In this document: piece after piece, positions 1 to 9,281 of the stretch
Numbering within the stretch: the stretch's first letter is position 1
Layout: each line of letters opens with the position of its first letter
Source: an uncultured virus (IMG/VR IMGVR_UViG_3300023180_000040)
Taxonomy: Duplodnaviria; Heunggongvirae; Uroviricota; Caudoviricetes
Direction: 5' to 3' (one strand)
DNA length: 20,000 bases
Virus record (IMG/VR): IMGVR_UViG_3300023180_000040
Span: 57,081 to 77,080 of that record
Made by a program: the position numbers and the translations under genes
The notes under the pieces: model-generated
Databases searched by the model: none
What the model was told of the DNA's origin: nothing
What the model saw: only the letters and a program-made list of their open reading frames with translations

Positions 1-630
1 GAAGCAACTCAACGTCAATTCCTTGCACAACTCAAGTCTTCTGGTGTTCCAATATCAGATCAAACATTCATGGTTGGCTTGCCCTATACATTCAAAGAAG
101 AACTTGCTAAATTTGAAGAAGAAGCAATTGAAAAGACAGTTGCACAACAAGAAGCCAAAGTTAAGATTTACAGATTACTTAAGGCTAAGAACCTACCTAT
201 CCCTGCGGATCTATTACAAGAAATTATGGCAGCAGGACTTGATCCAAATGCTGGATTAGATCCAAATGAATTCCCCGCAATGGATCAGGGCTTGAATCAA
301 ATGGGAATGGATGCTATGATGGGTGATATGGGTCAGGCTGGTCCTGTCTCTGGTCCTATGGGTATTGAGATGCCTCCAGAGCCGGGTGGATTACCTCCAG
401 CAGCAGCACCTATGTCAACAACTCCGGGTGGAATGCCAGAAATTTCTAATGAAAGAACTCCGATTCAACCTCCCGGTGGTAGATCTAGTATGAGTAAAGT
501 CGTTGAAGAAAAAGAAGGAAGATTGGTAGAGAAGTTAAATCTACCTAAGAATTCTAAGAAAATTTCTTTAATTAGAGAAGATATAAAACCCGAAAAACCT
601 CAAGAAGAAACTAATAACACAAACGAGTAA
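1..630 (+). CDS. Probable portal protein, C-terminal part (5' end lies outside the window)
   Basis: Frame is open from base 1 (EATQRQFLAQLKSSGVPISDQTFMVGLPYTFKEELAKFEEEAIEK...NLPIPADL). From memory this resembles C-termini of large actinophage portal proteins. It is followed by a Pro/Gly/Met-rich low-complexity tail typical of portals. Confidence 0.55.
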   Translation, partial: EATQRQFLAQLKSSGVPISDQTFMVGLPYTFKEELAKFEEEAIEKTVAQQEAKVKIYRLLKAKNLPIPADLLQEIMAAGLDPNAGLDPNEFPAMDQGLNQMGMDAMMGDMGQAGPVSGPMGIEMPPEPGGLPPAAAPMSTTPGGMPEISNERTPIQPPGGRSSMSKVVEEKEGRLVEKLNLPKNSKKISLIREDIKPEKPQEETNNTNE

Positions 631-639
631 GGAGTTTTA

Positions 640-1938
640 ATGGGTACTAATGAACCTTCAGGTGTGTCAGGTTCGCCTCTTGATGATTTCAAAGATATCA
701 TCATAGATGCTCACCTAGCCGGAATGGGAATGACTGCTATTGCGCGGCTTCTTGTTGATCGTTATGGCATTTCAACGTCAGAGCGTTCTGTTCGCAGGGC
801 TATTGATCGTTGGGATAGTGAGATTTATACATTTGATGTAAATAAGTCTCCTATTGCTTCTGCTAATAGGCGTCTTAATAATGAAGATACAGAACAAGAT
901 CGTTTGCGTCGTGAGTTAGTTGAAGCAAACCGTGAACTGCTTAGACAGTCAACTGACATAAAGCGTTCTGTTAAACTTATTAAAGATTATGAATCAGTCT
1001 TAGATGCAGATGATCGTGTCGCTCAAAAGATAATCGGTGCTATGGAAACTAATCCTTATGAACCAATCTTTAGAGCCGGTCCTTCTCCAACAGAAGGTGA
1101 TGACCCACACACGATGGTTGCGCTTATCTCCGATGCTCATTACGGAGAGACTGTAGATATGTATGACATTAGATATAACATGGATGTTTGTGAGCGTCGT
1201 ATAGAGTTTCTTACTCAGAAAATTATACGTTTTCGTCAACTTAACAGTCAAGATCATCCAATCAATAAGATTGTCGCTGTGTTTCTTGGCGATATGATTA
1301 GTGGTAATATTCATGAAGAGTTGGCTGAATCAAATGAGTCTCCTGTTTCAGATCAACTAGTTCGCATGGCGCATCTGATGGTTGATGTTATTGGTTCGCT
1401 TTCTGAGAACTTTCCAGAGGTTGAGGTTATTGTTATGCCCGGTAATCACCCACGCTTAACAAAGAAGCCACGCCATAAGCGAAAGTATGATAACCTAGAA
1501 TATATCATGGGTGAAATGGTTAAGGCCATTGTCCGTGATATTGATAATGTAAAAGTTATCGTACCAAAGGATTTGATTTATGTTCACGACATTGAGGGAC
1601 ACAAGGTTGGGTTCACTCATGGCGATGGATATAAGTCTACAAGTTTCGCAGGCATTCCGTTTTACGGTCTTGCGAGAAAGCGGGCGGCATTCCAAGAAGG
1701 TCTTAAGAGTCTTGGAATGCCTCCCGTAGATATGCTCATGATGGGGCATTTCCACCAATTGCTTTGGTGGCCCGGTCGTGGGTGTGATCTTATTGTCAAT
1801 GGTTCTATTAAGGGGCCAGATGAGTATGCATTCGATACAATGCATGCTGGCGATGAGGCACAACAGGCGCTTATTACTATTAATCGGCGTCATGGTATTA
1901 CATCTTTCGAACGTATTAATCTCGGTTCAATTAGTTAG
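640..1938 (+). CDS. Calcineurin-like metallophosphoesterase with N-terminal HTH and coiled coil
   Basis: All five metallophosphoesterase motifs are present: SDAHYG, GDMISG, GNH, HGD, GHFH. N-terminal GMGMTAIARLL...STSERSVRRAI is HTH-like. AAGGAG RBS. Confidence 0.85.
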   Translation: MGTNEPSGVSGSPLDDFKDIIIDAHLAGMGMTAIARLLVDRYGISTSERSVRRAIDRWDSEIYTFDVNKSPIASANRRLNNEDTEQDRLRRELVEANRELLRQSTDIKRSVKLIKDYESVLDADDRVAQKIIGAMETNPYEPIFRAGPSPTEGDDPHTMVALISDAHYGETVDMYDIRYNMDVCERRIEFLTQKIIRFRQLNSQDHPINKIVAVFLGDMISGNIHEELAESNESPVSDQLVRMAHLMVDVIGSLSENFPEVEVIVMPGNHPRLTKKPRHKRKYDNLEYIMGEMVKAIVRDIDNVKVIVPKDLIYVHDIEGHKVGFTHGDGYKSTSFAGIPFYGLARKRAAFQEGLKSLGMPPVDMLMMGHFHQLLWWPGRGCDLIVNGSIKGPDEYAFDTMHAGDEAQQALITINRRHGITSFERINLGSIS

Positions 1939-1946
1939 GAGTTATA

Positions 1947-2156
1947 GTGAGTAATAATAACAATAATCGTAAGCGTCGTAAGAACGAAGGTTGGACAGCA
2001 TACAAACAGTACCCTCGTTCTGTCTGTATTACAGTTTACGATATGCAAGGGAATCCAATTTCAGATGATATTGTAAAAAAGATTGTTTCCCACGCAGAAG
2101 ATTCAATTAAGTCAGATAATTTTAATAGTCTTGCTATTGCTGTAAACAAAGGATAA
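1947..2156 (+). CDS. Hypothetical protein with basic N-terminus
   Basis: AGGAG RBS before GTG; packed in operon. Confidence 0.7.
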   Translation: MSNNNNNRKRRKNEGWTAYKQYPRSVCITVYDMQGNPISDDIVKKIVSHAEDSIKSDNFNSLAIAVNKG

Positions 2157-2162
2157 GTAAAA

Positions 2163-2435
2163 ATGACAGTTATTAAAGTTAGTGTTGGGTTAACTTCAAA
2201 GGTTACAAATCCTCGTAATCAGTATGAGAATGTTGTTTTTTCAAGGACATTTGGGCACGAAGAGCCTTTGGCTCCTAGACCTGATGATCCAGAGGATCAA
2301 GTAACTTATGATGAGTATGTTCGTGTTCGTCGTGCAGAGATTGAAGAAGAACTTAGGGTTCATGCTGAACAATCTATTCAGAATGAAATTGATGACTTTT
2401 ATGAGAACATGACTGCGGGTGAGAGCGAAGAATGA
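2163..2435 (+). CDS. Hypothetical protein
   Basis: AAAGGA RBS; ATGA overlap with next gene. Confidence 0.75.
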   Translation: MTVIKVSVGLTSKVTNPRNQYENVVFSRTFGHEEPLAPRPDDPEDQVTYDEYVRVRRAEIEEELRVHAEQSIQNEIDDFYENMTAGESEE

Positions 2436-2998
2436 TAATCGGATTGCATGGGGTGCAAAGAGCAGGAAAAGATACTGTGTATAATTTAATACAGTCAGAG
2501 TATCCTGATGCAATTAGATTTGCTTTTGCAGATAAGATTAAAGAAAGTCTAGCGGCTCTGTTTGGAATTTCAGTTAGAGAAATTGATATTCTAAAAAGAG
2601 AAGGCGCAATGTTTAAAGTTGAAAGTGAAAACTACGAACATTCATATACTTGGAGAAGTTTTGCTCAAAGATATGGAACCGAAGCACATAGAGAAATCTT
2701 TGGTGAAGATTTTTGGGTAGATAAAGTTTTGCCTCGCCCTAATAAAAGAGGAATAAAATCTCATAATAATAAATTGTGGATCATTACTGATGTTCGTTTT
2801 TCTAATGAAGCGTTAAGAATTAGAGAACTAGGTGGGAAGATAGTTAGTTTAAAAAGACCTGATCTACAAAATATTGACAATCATGTTTCAGAGAACAGTT
2901 TAAATAACTACTTTGTTGATTATGAATTGGTAAACGATGGTTCTTTGGAGCAGTTAAAAGAAAGGGCAATTAAAATAGTTGAGGATATTATGGATTGA
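2432..2998 (+). CDS. Deoxynucleoside monophosphate kinase (T4 gp1-like)
   Basis: IIGLHGVQRAGKDT P-loop, FAFADKIK, QRYGTE, ITDVRFSNE and HVSE motifs. Confidence 0.92.
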   Translation: MIIGLHGVQRAGKDTVYNLIQSEYPDAIRFAFADKIKESLAALFGISVREIDILKREGAMFKVESENYEHSYTWRSFAQRYGTEAHREIFGEDFWVDKVLPRPNKRGIKSHNNKLWIITDVRFSNEALRIRELGGKIVSLKRPDLQNIDNHVSENSLNNYFVDYELVNDGSLEQLKERAIKIVEDIMD

Positions 2999-3024
2999 TT
3001 CAATTATTTATCTAGGTACTTACA

Positions 3025-3411
3025 ATGTCTATAGATGGAAATGAATTCGATAAAATGTTTGATCCAGAAATGGTTCATGAGTTTAGAAGTCAATTTAATG
3101 AATTACAACTAGAAAGACAAAAAGAGATTTATGAAAACAATCCTGAAGAAAAATGGTTTGTAGATTTTGCTTCTGCACTAGGTACTCAGGGTGTTGTTTT
3201 TCATAGGACAGAAGAACAAGAAGATATTATCTTTGTTCAACTCTTGACAAGAATAAAAGATAAAGAATCAGTAGAACAAATTAGTATAAATGAAATTGAA
3301 GAATATATGTCAATTGGTGTGCCAGCCGAAGCAGTTGCCGCTGCTATTCGCGCTGGCCTTTTAAGTTCGGTATTCCAATTTTGGAGAAATGTTGGAGAGG
3401 ATTATGCGTAG
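3025..3411 (+). CDS. Hypothetical protein
   Basis: 128-aa ORF in co-oriented block. Confidence 0.7.
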   Translation: MSIDGNEFDKMFDPEMVHEFRSQFNELQLERQKEIYENNPEEKWFVDFASALGTQGVVFHRTEEQEDIIFVQLLTRIKDKESVEQISINEIEEYMSIGVPAEAVAAAIRAGLLSSVFQFWRNVGEDYA

Positions 3412-3628
3412 AATAAATATTGTTGTTGATAATCAATTAGATGATGAACTACCTCATCACTTGACTGTAGATGCCACAGACCGTATTGAAGTTATTATAG
3501 ATGAATATGGTGTAAGAGCAAGGTCAGATGGTGAAAAATTTGATACAATAAAAGAAGAGGCTGTTTATCCAGATGTTGTTTTTGACAATCAGTTGGAATT
3601 GTTTTCAAGCAAGCCTTGGCAGATATAA
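3404..3628 (+). CDS. Hypothetical protein
   Basis: GGAGAGG RBS before ATG 3404; overlaps upstream stop. Confidence 0.7.
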   Translation: MRRINIVVDNQLDDELPHHLTVDATDRIEVIIDEYGVRARSDGEKFDTIKEEAVYPDVVFDNQLELFSSKPWQI

Positions 3629-3640
3629 AGAAAGGTAAAT

Positions 3641-3901
3641 ATGTCAGAAGAAGAGAACAAGGAAGAGTTAGGCGGTAAAAACGTTTCCGTAGGCATTACA
3701 GAACATCCTCTGTACGGATTAGGTGTAAGGCTTATGGTTACAGATATAAATAATAATAAGAGCGAAGTATTTCTTACTGTTGATGAAGCAATAAACCTTG
3801 CTGGAAGATTTTCAAGTGTTGCAAATCTTTCATTTGTGTTAAGTCAAATTGCTTCATTGATGCAAGGAGTAGGCGCAGACCCTAAAATTATTTCACCATA
3901 A
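3641..3901 (+). CDS. Hypothetical protein
   Basis: GAAAGG RBS; packed ORF. Confidence 0.7.
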   Translation: MSEEENKEELGGKNVSVGITEHPLYGLGVRLMVTDINNNKSEVFLTVDEAINLAGRFSSVANLSFVLSQIASLMQGVGADPKIISP

Positions 3902-3910
3902 GGAATTAAG

Positions 3911-4183
3911 ATGAGTGATAAAGAGATTAGAGTAAGAGACATAGATCCTGTTAGGGATGGTATTCCAGAAGGAACTACTAATGGTCCTTTGAAATATCTT
4001 GGAACAGATATGCATTCTCGCAAGATTATGGAAGGTAAATTCTTTTCTAATGTTGCTCCCCGTAATTTTGGTAAAGATGCTCTACCTAAAGAAGAATGGT
4101 TTTGTAACAGAGAGGACTGTGCTGGACCACACAGACATTATTTAACTCGTTGTTCTAAATGTGGCGATAGGAGGCCATTTTGA
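3911..4183 (+). CDS. Small protein with C-terminal zinc ribbon (RanBP2-type-like spacing)
   Basis: WFCNREDC...RCSKCG (W-x-C-x4-C-x10-C-x2-C); AAGGA RBS. Confidence 0.65.
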   Translation: MSDKEIRVRDIDPVRDGIPEGTTNGPLKYLGTDMHSRKIMEGKFFSNVAPRNFGKDALPKEEWFCNREDCAGPHRHYLTRCSKCGDRRPF

Positions 4184-5034
4184 TTTGGGATAAGTTCATT
4201 AATAATAAAAAACTGAATTATTCTAAACATATTGAATCAGATATTTATTCAGATACAAGTCCTATAACATATAGAACTGTTATTGAAGGAAAATATTCTA
4301 GAATCTTTATGGGGCATCCTAGAATTGTTCCTATTCAAACTTCAAGACCTTATTGGGATCTAAATGAAATCCCTTCATCTTTTAAACAGTTGTCGGCAGA
4401 GTTTGATCATAGCATTGAATATGATGCCACTCTAGAAGAGCAGGTTCCTGTATTTGCCGGAAGGGTTTGTTATCAATCCTTTGGGGACAAGGCAGGACGC
4501 AAAAGTGCTTCTGAATATCTAGAGCATATTATGGAAGTTGGTCATTACTCTATTCTAGAGCATTCAAGTGTTACATTATATTTTGATCGTGTTCCTAGAT
4601 TTTGGAGCCATGAACAAGTAAGGCATCGTCATTTCAATTATTCTCAGTTGTCTCAAAGGTTTTATGTTCCAGACAAGGTTGAGTTAGTTATCCCTCCTGC
4701 TTTGTGGGAAGAAAAAGATATTGAACAGGAGTTTCATGAATATGGGGAAAGTTTGGGCAAGAAGTATTTTGGTAAACTTAATGATCTTTATAACCTTATT
4801 GGTACGGAGTCTTTTTCTCTCAAAAAGAAGAGTAGAGAAGCAGCCAGAGCAATATTACCAGAATGTACAGAAACTAAAATCGTGGTCACAGGAAACTTCC
4901 GATCATGGTACGAGTATCTACAAAAAAGAAATACACCGGAAGCAGACGCAACCTTCCAAGAAGTCGCAAGAATTGTACAATCGCGCCTCGCAAGAATTGC
5001 GCCTCACATATTTAAGGAGGAAGAACGTGGGTAA
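4180..5034 (+). CDS. thyX: FAD-dependent thymidylate synthase ThyX
   Basis: AGRVCYQS, GHYSILEH, signature RHRHFNYSQLSQR, REAARAILP, TGNFRSW. True start could be the ATG at 4309. Confidence 0.96.
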   Translation: MIWDKFINNKKLNYSKHIESDIYSDTSPITYRTVIEGKYSRIFMGHPRIVPIQTSRPYWDLNEIPSSFKQLSAEFDHSIEYDATLEEQVPVFAGRVCYQSFGDKAGRKSASEYLEHIMEVGHYSILEHSSVTLYFDRVPRFWSHEQVRHRHFNYSQLSQRFYVPDKVELVIPPALWEEKDIEQEFHEYGESLGKKYFGKLNDLYNLIGTESFSLKKKSREAARAILPECTETKIVVTGNFRSWYEYLQKRNTPEADATFQEVARIVQSRLARIAPHIFKEEERG

Positions 5035-5299
5035 TATGATGGAACCTATGGGAGAAGGTAGGAACCCAGAAGAAGAGTTAAAGGGATGGATGAACAGAAG
5101 TGCTTGGCAGGCAGACGAAAGGCATATCCCCGGTAAGTGTCATATCAAGGGAGATAAACTTCATGTAATCGCCAAGACAAAGAAGAAGGGTCTTTCTATT
5201 TGGGCTTCCGAAAAGTCAGATGGTGATTTATATAAACTTGCTTCTCGTTCTGATCAAGAAAAACAACATTGGAATGAGAATAACGAATTCTTAAAGTAA
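5027..5299 (+). CDS. Hypothetical protein
   Basis: AGGAGG 6 nt before GTG 5027; 3' part of ORF 4721..5299. Confidence 0.65.
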   Translation: MGNMMEPMGEGRNPEEELKGWMNRSAWQADERHIPGKCHIKGDKLHVIAKTKKKGLSIWASEKSDGDLYKLASRSDQEKQHWNENNEFLK

Positions 5300-5578
5300 A
5301 TGTCAGAAGATAATCCTTGGCGGTTCTATACTGCTGAACATCTTTGGAATAGATTGATAGAAGTTTCAGAAAAAAAAGAAATTATTGAGAACAAGTTGTT
5401 CATATATTCTCAACTAATCAATCTATTTATCCAAAGGGATGAAGCCATGAGAAGGCTTGCAACAGCAGAAACAGAAAGAATAAAAGAAGTTATACTTGAC
5501 AATGTTGGGATAATAAATCAACAAATAGAAAGTCTAATGGTTAATTTAGAAATAAGTGAGGAACAGAATTATGAATGA
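5300..5578 (+). CDS. Hypothetical protein (helical/coiled-coil)
   Basis: Abuts upstream stop; 92 aa. Confidence 0.65.
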   Translation: MSEDNPWRFYTAEHLWNRLIEVSEKKEIIENKLFIYSQLINLFIQRDEAMRRLATAETERIKEVILDNVGIINQQIESLMVNLEISEEQNYE

Positions 5579-6026
5579 TGATTTTCAAAACGAAGATAGT
5601 GAACCACAAATTGGCCCACTAAATCAAGAACAGTTTATGATGTTTGTCAAGGCTAATTCAGATGAAGCGAAAACTATGTCTATGGAAAAGACAAGTGCTG
5701 TTGTTGCTGAAGGCATCTATCGCCTCTGCATGAGCGTTGGAGAAGAGATAGACTCATTTATTATGCAAGTTGATGCTGAAGAAATGTCTGAAATAGCCAA
5801 GACAAAGCCGGGCAGCGAAATGATGCGCCTTGTTTCTATCTTTGGAGACTCAATAGTAATGATTATTGAATCTATAAATCATCTAAAAGAAAACTTTGAT
5901 GAATTCGATCAGTTCGTTAAAGAGTTCAGAACAAATGTCAAACAAAGACTACATGAACAGGAAGAAAGTTTTATACAAGAATTCGTAGACTCTATTCCTG
6001 ATTCTCCTGATGAATTATTAAGTTAA
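5571..6026 (+). CDS. Hypothetical acidic helical protein
   Basis: GAGG RBS before ATG 5571; last + strand gene, with its stop abutting the convergent gene. Confidence 0.7.
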   Translation: MNDDFQNEDSEPQIGPLNQEQFMMFVKANSDEAKTMSMEKTSAVVAEGIYRLCMSVGEEIDSFIMQVDAEEMSEIAKTKPGSEMMRLVSIFGDSIVMIIESINHLKENFDEFDQFVKEFRTNVKQRLHEQEESFIQEFVDSIPDSPDELLS

Positions 6027-6275
6027 TTATGCTCGTCTAATTACTTGCACGTTGGGAATCATACCATCTGCCACGCAATAAAAGTTATTATATCTATCAA
6101 TTGAATCTTCTTTTAAAGACTTGCAAGCAAGAGTTCCACTTATTTTAACTTCCCGATTTTTTGGGTTAAAAGATTCTGTGGTCTTTTTATTTGTCACAAA
6201 ATACTTTATCTCTTCACTAAAACCCTTATAGATAATTGTATCTCCAGCATTAATGTTTCTAATTGACTCACTCAT
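6027..6275 (-). CDS. Hypothetical protein
   Basis: AAGGAGG RBS before ATG 6275 (MSESIRNINAGD...). Confidence 0.7.
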   Translation of the reverse strand: MSESIRNINAGDTIIYKGFSEEIKYFVTNKKTTESFNPKNREVKISGTLACKSLKEDSIDRYNNFYCVADGMIPNVQVIRRA

Positions 6276-6562
6276 TTCTTTTCCTCCTTTTTGAGTTCTA
6301 TCCATATCTTAAATGCATTATCTCTAGTATTCTCTAGTGTTTTATATCGTGTTTTGTAAAAACGTAGACGCTGATTTAGTTTGCTGTATATCTGATATTG
6401 GACAGCAATAATATTATTATCAACGGTCGGGTCATTGAAAGATGGTTTCTTTACAAGACTAACAATGTCAGATGCAACAACGTAATCAGCATAAGCCGAG
6501 TCTGTTAGTTCTACAAACTTTTCCCATGCTTTATAGAAGTGATTTGCTTTACTTGAATTCAT
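6272..6562 (-). CDS. Hypothetical protein
   Basis: GAAGGA RBS; ATGA overlap with next gene. Confidence 0.7.
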   Translation of the reverse strand: MNSSKANHFYKAWEKFVELTDSAYADYVVASDIVSLVKKPSFNDPTVDNNIIAVQYQIYSKLNQRLRFYKTRYKTLENTRDNAFKIWIELKKEEKK

Positions 6563-6587
6563 ATAAAGTCCTTCTCAATTAAAATGA

Positions 6588-6615
6588 CATAAAAGAGGGG
6601 GATTGCTCCCCCTCT
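6588..6615 (-). terminator. Intrinsic (Rho-independent) terminator, possibly bidirectional
   Basis: - strand AGAGGGGGA-GCAA-TCCCCCTCT-TTTATG: 9-bp stem, GNRA loop and T tract, just after the stop at 6632. Confidence 0.85.
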
Positions 6616-6631
6616 CATTTTATACTTTTAT

Positions 6632-7228
6632 TTACTCGCCGTATGTGCGTCCAGCAACGCGATAATTGGTTCCCCTCTTCTTGCCAGCCTTAATGATCTT
6701 GTGGCCTCCGATAACCTTCTTCATAACAAGAGAATAGGTAGTGGGGTTCATCTTGACAGAATTAACAATATCGTTCTTATACATAGGCTTGTCTGACTTC
6801 TCAATCAGTTCTGTCACGGCCTTGACAAGTTCTGAGACTTCTTGTGCGCGGTTAGGCTCCATGCGGGCCACCTTACCCTTGCCGTTAGAACGCTTCTGAG
6901 AGGCTTCTGCCTTGGCCTCCAATGCGTTCTTCTCGTTCTTTGCTGCCTTAGCAATATACTCATCAAGAAATTGCTGACGGTTCTTTGCAGCATCATCATC
7001 GTTGAGCATTGCGAGAAGTCGCATACGCATATCGTGAGCAACCTTAACATTACTCTTGTTGAATGTCCTAGTCTTATTTTCAGGAGTAAGAAAAGTTACC
7101 TCATCATCTTGTGAGTTCAAGACTACAGCAGAACGCCAATTCAAATCATAATAACGAATAGTGTCTCCACGAACGGGAACATAATCATCGGGATAAATAA
7201 CAGACCAAAGATCAGTTTCACTCATCAT
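6632..7228 (-). CDS. Putative DNA-binding protein: N-terminal SH3/Tudor-like beta domain, C-terminal winged helix
   Basis: C-terminus VTELIEKSDKPMYKNDIVNSVKMNPTTYSLVMKKVIGGHKIIKAGKKRGTNYRV has wHTH helix and wing pattern; N-terminus VRGDTIRYY..WRSAVVL. Confidence 0.6.
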   Translation of the reverse strand: MMSETDLWSVIYPDDYVPVRGDTIRYYDLNWRSAVVLNSQDDEVTFLTPENKTRTFNKSNVKVAHDMRMRLLAMLNDDDAAKNRQQFLDEYIAKAAKNEKNALEAKAEASQKRSNGKGKVARMEPNRAQEVSELVKAVTELIEKSDKPMYKNDIVNSVKMNPTTYSLVMKKVIGGHKIIKAGKKRGTNYRVAGRTYGE

Positions 7229-7394
7229 CAAAGTCTACCCCCTTCAATTCCTTGATCCAAAAGAAATCGTCCTGTGAGTTGTCGTAATCGGAAAAACTAT
7301 CAACATCATCAAAGTCTTTCAACAGTTCAGCAACCCACTCAACAAACTCATCATCAAAATCATCATAAGGATCTGCAAAATTCGTCTTTGTCAT
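7218..7394 (-). CDS. 58-aa hyperacidic protein (not in ORF track)
   Basis: GGAGG RBS; MTKTNFADPYDDFDDEFVEWVAELLKDFDDVDSFSDYDNSQDDFFWIKELKGVDFDDE; fills the gap exactly. Confidence 0.75.
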   Translation of the reverse strand: MTKTNFADPYDDFDDEFVEWVAELLKDFDDVDSFSDYDNSQDDFFWIKELKGVDFDDE

Positions 7395-7612
7395 TTCTGA
7401 CCTCCTTCAAATATAGAATCAATAGAATTAGAAATAATCTCTACTTCTTTCTTTCGACAAGGGAAGCAACGCTTTCTTGGGTTGTATATGCTTACCTTAC
7501 ACCCACAAGTATAGCACCTTGAATTAGATTTTGAGACACTAGATGTAAGAGAATCGTTAGAAACCATGTTTCCCATTGTCATACAGGGGATTGCTTCATC
7601 AAATTTCATCAC
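7391..7612 (-). CDS. Small zinc-finger protein
   Basis: RCYTCGCKVSIYNPRKRCFPC (CxxC...CxxC); AGGAG RBS. Confidence 0.7.
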   Translation of the reverse strand: MMKFDEAIPCMTMGNMVSNDSLTSSVSKSNSRCYTCGCKVSIYNPRKRCFPCRKKEVEIISNSIDSIFEGGQK

Positions 7613-7805
7613 TAACTCCTACAATTGCATCATCACCCTTTCCTTCAACATGATGATTTTCAATAGAAATGATATCAAACTTCTTCTTTGAAAACTTATT
7701 CTTTTTTACATTTCCATAATTAAAAATAACAACATTTACATCTTCTCTTGACTCAACATGAGCAACGCGCCCATCATAGAGAGTGATTGAGATTTGATTG
7801 TTCAT
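7599..7805 (-). CDS. Hypothetical protein
   Basis: AGGAG RBS before ATG 7805 (MNNQISITLYDG). Confidence 0.65.
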   Translation of the reverse strand: MNNQISITLYDGRVAHVESREDVNVVIFNYGNVKKNKFSKKKFDIISIENHHVEGKGDDAIVGVSDEI

Positions 7806-7872
7806 AACTTCTCCTATCTTATTAGAAATAAAAGTGGTGCCAAAACAAACAGGATACAAAAAACAACAAACA

Positions 7873-8385
7873 TTATCTGACCTCTTGGGTATCTTGATTG
7901 TGAATATCAAGTGGCTGACTAACTTCATCGTCTGAATCATTATCTTCAATTAGAGAAAAATAATACTTCCACTCATCATCGTTGAAAGTATTAGTGAACC
8001 GAGGAATGAGGATTTCGCTCATTACTTCCATCAGCCTTTTACAATCCTTGTCTCCGTTGATGAAGTCCTTAGATGCTCGCATAAAAGTATGCTGTAGGGT
8101 GAATATAATAGAATCGCAATCCAAGATATTGATTTCCCACTCTGCATCCCGATCTATCTCCCACCCCCGCTGAGACTTCTCAAAGGTAACGACATACTTA
8201 TAGACTTCCCACTCATGATCGCTCCAAAGATACTTGCAACCATTGAATAGGTCCAAAAGACTCTGATGATAATTGCTTGAAATTTGATAATTCTTATTAT
8301 CCTGATGGATTAGTTCATAGATTGCATTCATGACATAGGAAGTCTCTGCAATATTTAGGGAAACCCTCTTCTTTGGGAAATACAT
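7873..8385 (-). CDS. Hypothetical protein
   Basis: 170-aa ORF with GAGG RBS. Confidence 0.7.
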   Translation of the reverse strand: MYFPKKRVSLNIAETSYVMNAIYELIHQDNKNYQISSNYHQSLLDLFNGCKYLWSDHEWEVYKYVVTFEKSQRGWEIDRDAEWEINILDCDSIIFTLQHTFMRASKDFINGDKDCKRLMEVMSEILIPRFTNTFNDDEWKYYFSLIEDNDSDDEVSQPLDIHNQDTQEVR

Positions 8386-8386
8386 A

Positions 8387-8791
8387 CTACCAACCTCTCA
8401 TTTCCTCTACAAGTTCGCGCTGTCGGCTAGCATTCATCATGCTAATTTCATGCTGCCATTCCTGCGCTTCATGCATTTCAGCATCTTGCTCATCATAAAT
8501 AAAAGTTTCAACCTGATTCCAAAAAGAATCGCTAAGAGAATATGAATCGTCCTCTGGGTGTGTAAACCAAGCGCGAATATCCTCAACGACTTCTGATGCC
8601 CTAACATCAAGCAGGCTGACGTTACTACGATCTATTGCCTCAATAGCCATACTAGCAACGTCATTTGGCGAATTGCTCTTTTCAATTAGATAGATAGGCC
8701 CATATGAGGGGACATTGAAAATGTATGTAGAGATATGTGAGATATCATACTTGAGGCCAATATCACTATAATTCTCAAGAATCTCTGACAT
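8387..8791 (-). CDS. Hypothetical acidic protein
   Basis: TAATG coupling with upstream ORF. Confidence 0.7.
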   Translation of the reverse strand: MSEILENYSDIGLKYDISHISTYIFNVPSYGPIYLIEKSNSPNDVASMAIEAIDRSNVSLLDVRASEVVEDIRAWFTHPEDDSYSLSDSFWNQVETFIYDEQDAEMHEAQEWQHEISMMNASRQRELVEEMRGW

Positions 8792-8922
8792 TATACAAAC
8801 CTCTTTGGGTTGGGAACAGTATTGCCGACCTTGCTTCGTCGCTTCTTTGTCTTTCTGATAGTTACCTTAGCAATTCTCTTTGGAGTTTGGTAGTTAGAAG
8901 TCTTTGTCTTACGCAAGTTCAT
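8791..8922 (-). CDS. Small highly basic protein (~41-43 aa)
   Basis: MNLRKTKTSNYQTPKRIAKVTIRKTKKRRSKVGNTVPNPKRFV; AGGAGG upstream (spacing fits a TTG start at 8916 better). Confidence 0.6.
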   Translation of the reverse strand: MNLRKTKTSNYQTPKRIAKVTIRKTKKRRSKVGNTVPNPKRFV

Positions 8923-8926
8923 CCTC

Positions 8927-9274
8927 CTAGTAGTAATCATCGTAGTCGCAAGGCTGCGACTCTTTCTCTGCATGATACTTGTAATCGTAGTGCGCTTCAA
9001 GGGCATCTTCATACTCACTTTCTGCCATTTCACAGCACGCATCAAAACTTAGTTCGATCACGATATACTTATCAGCAGCCTCTGGCTCATCCTCAACGAT
9101 TGAGTCATACAACTTTGTCATTTCTTCCTTGCTGCCGAATTCATCGGGAATCCTGTCATAGTTTATGATCTTTTCAGCCTCGGCATCATACTCGTAAAGG
9201 CCAAAGAGTCCACGACTATCAATCTCTTCTGCTGCCTTCTGAAATGGGTATTCTGGCGGGTCATACCAACTCAT
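8927..9274 (-). CDS. Hypothetical acidic protein
   Basis: AGGAGG RBS before ATG 9274 (MSWYDPPEYP...). Confidence 0.75.
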   Translation of the reverse strand: MSWYDPPEYPFQKAAEEIDSRGLFGLYEYDAEAEKIINYDRIPDEFGSKEEMTKLYDSIVEDEPEAADKYIVIELSFDACCEMAESEYEDALEAHYDYKYHAEKESQPCDYDDYY

Positions 9275-9281
9275 AGTGTTT

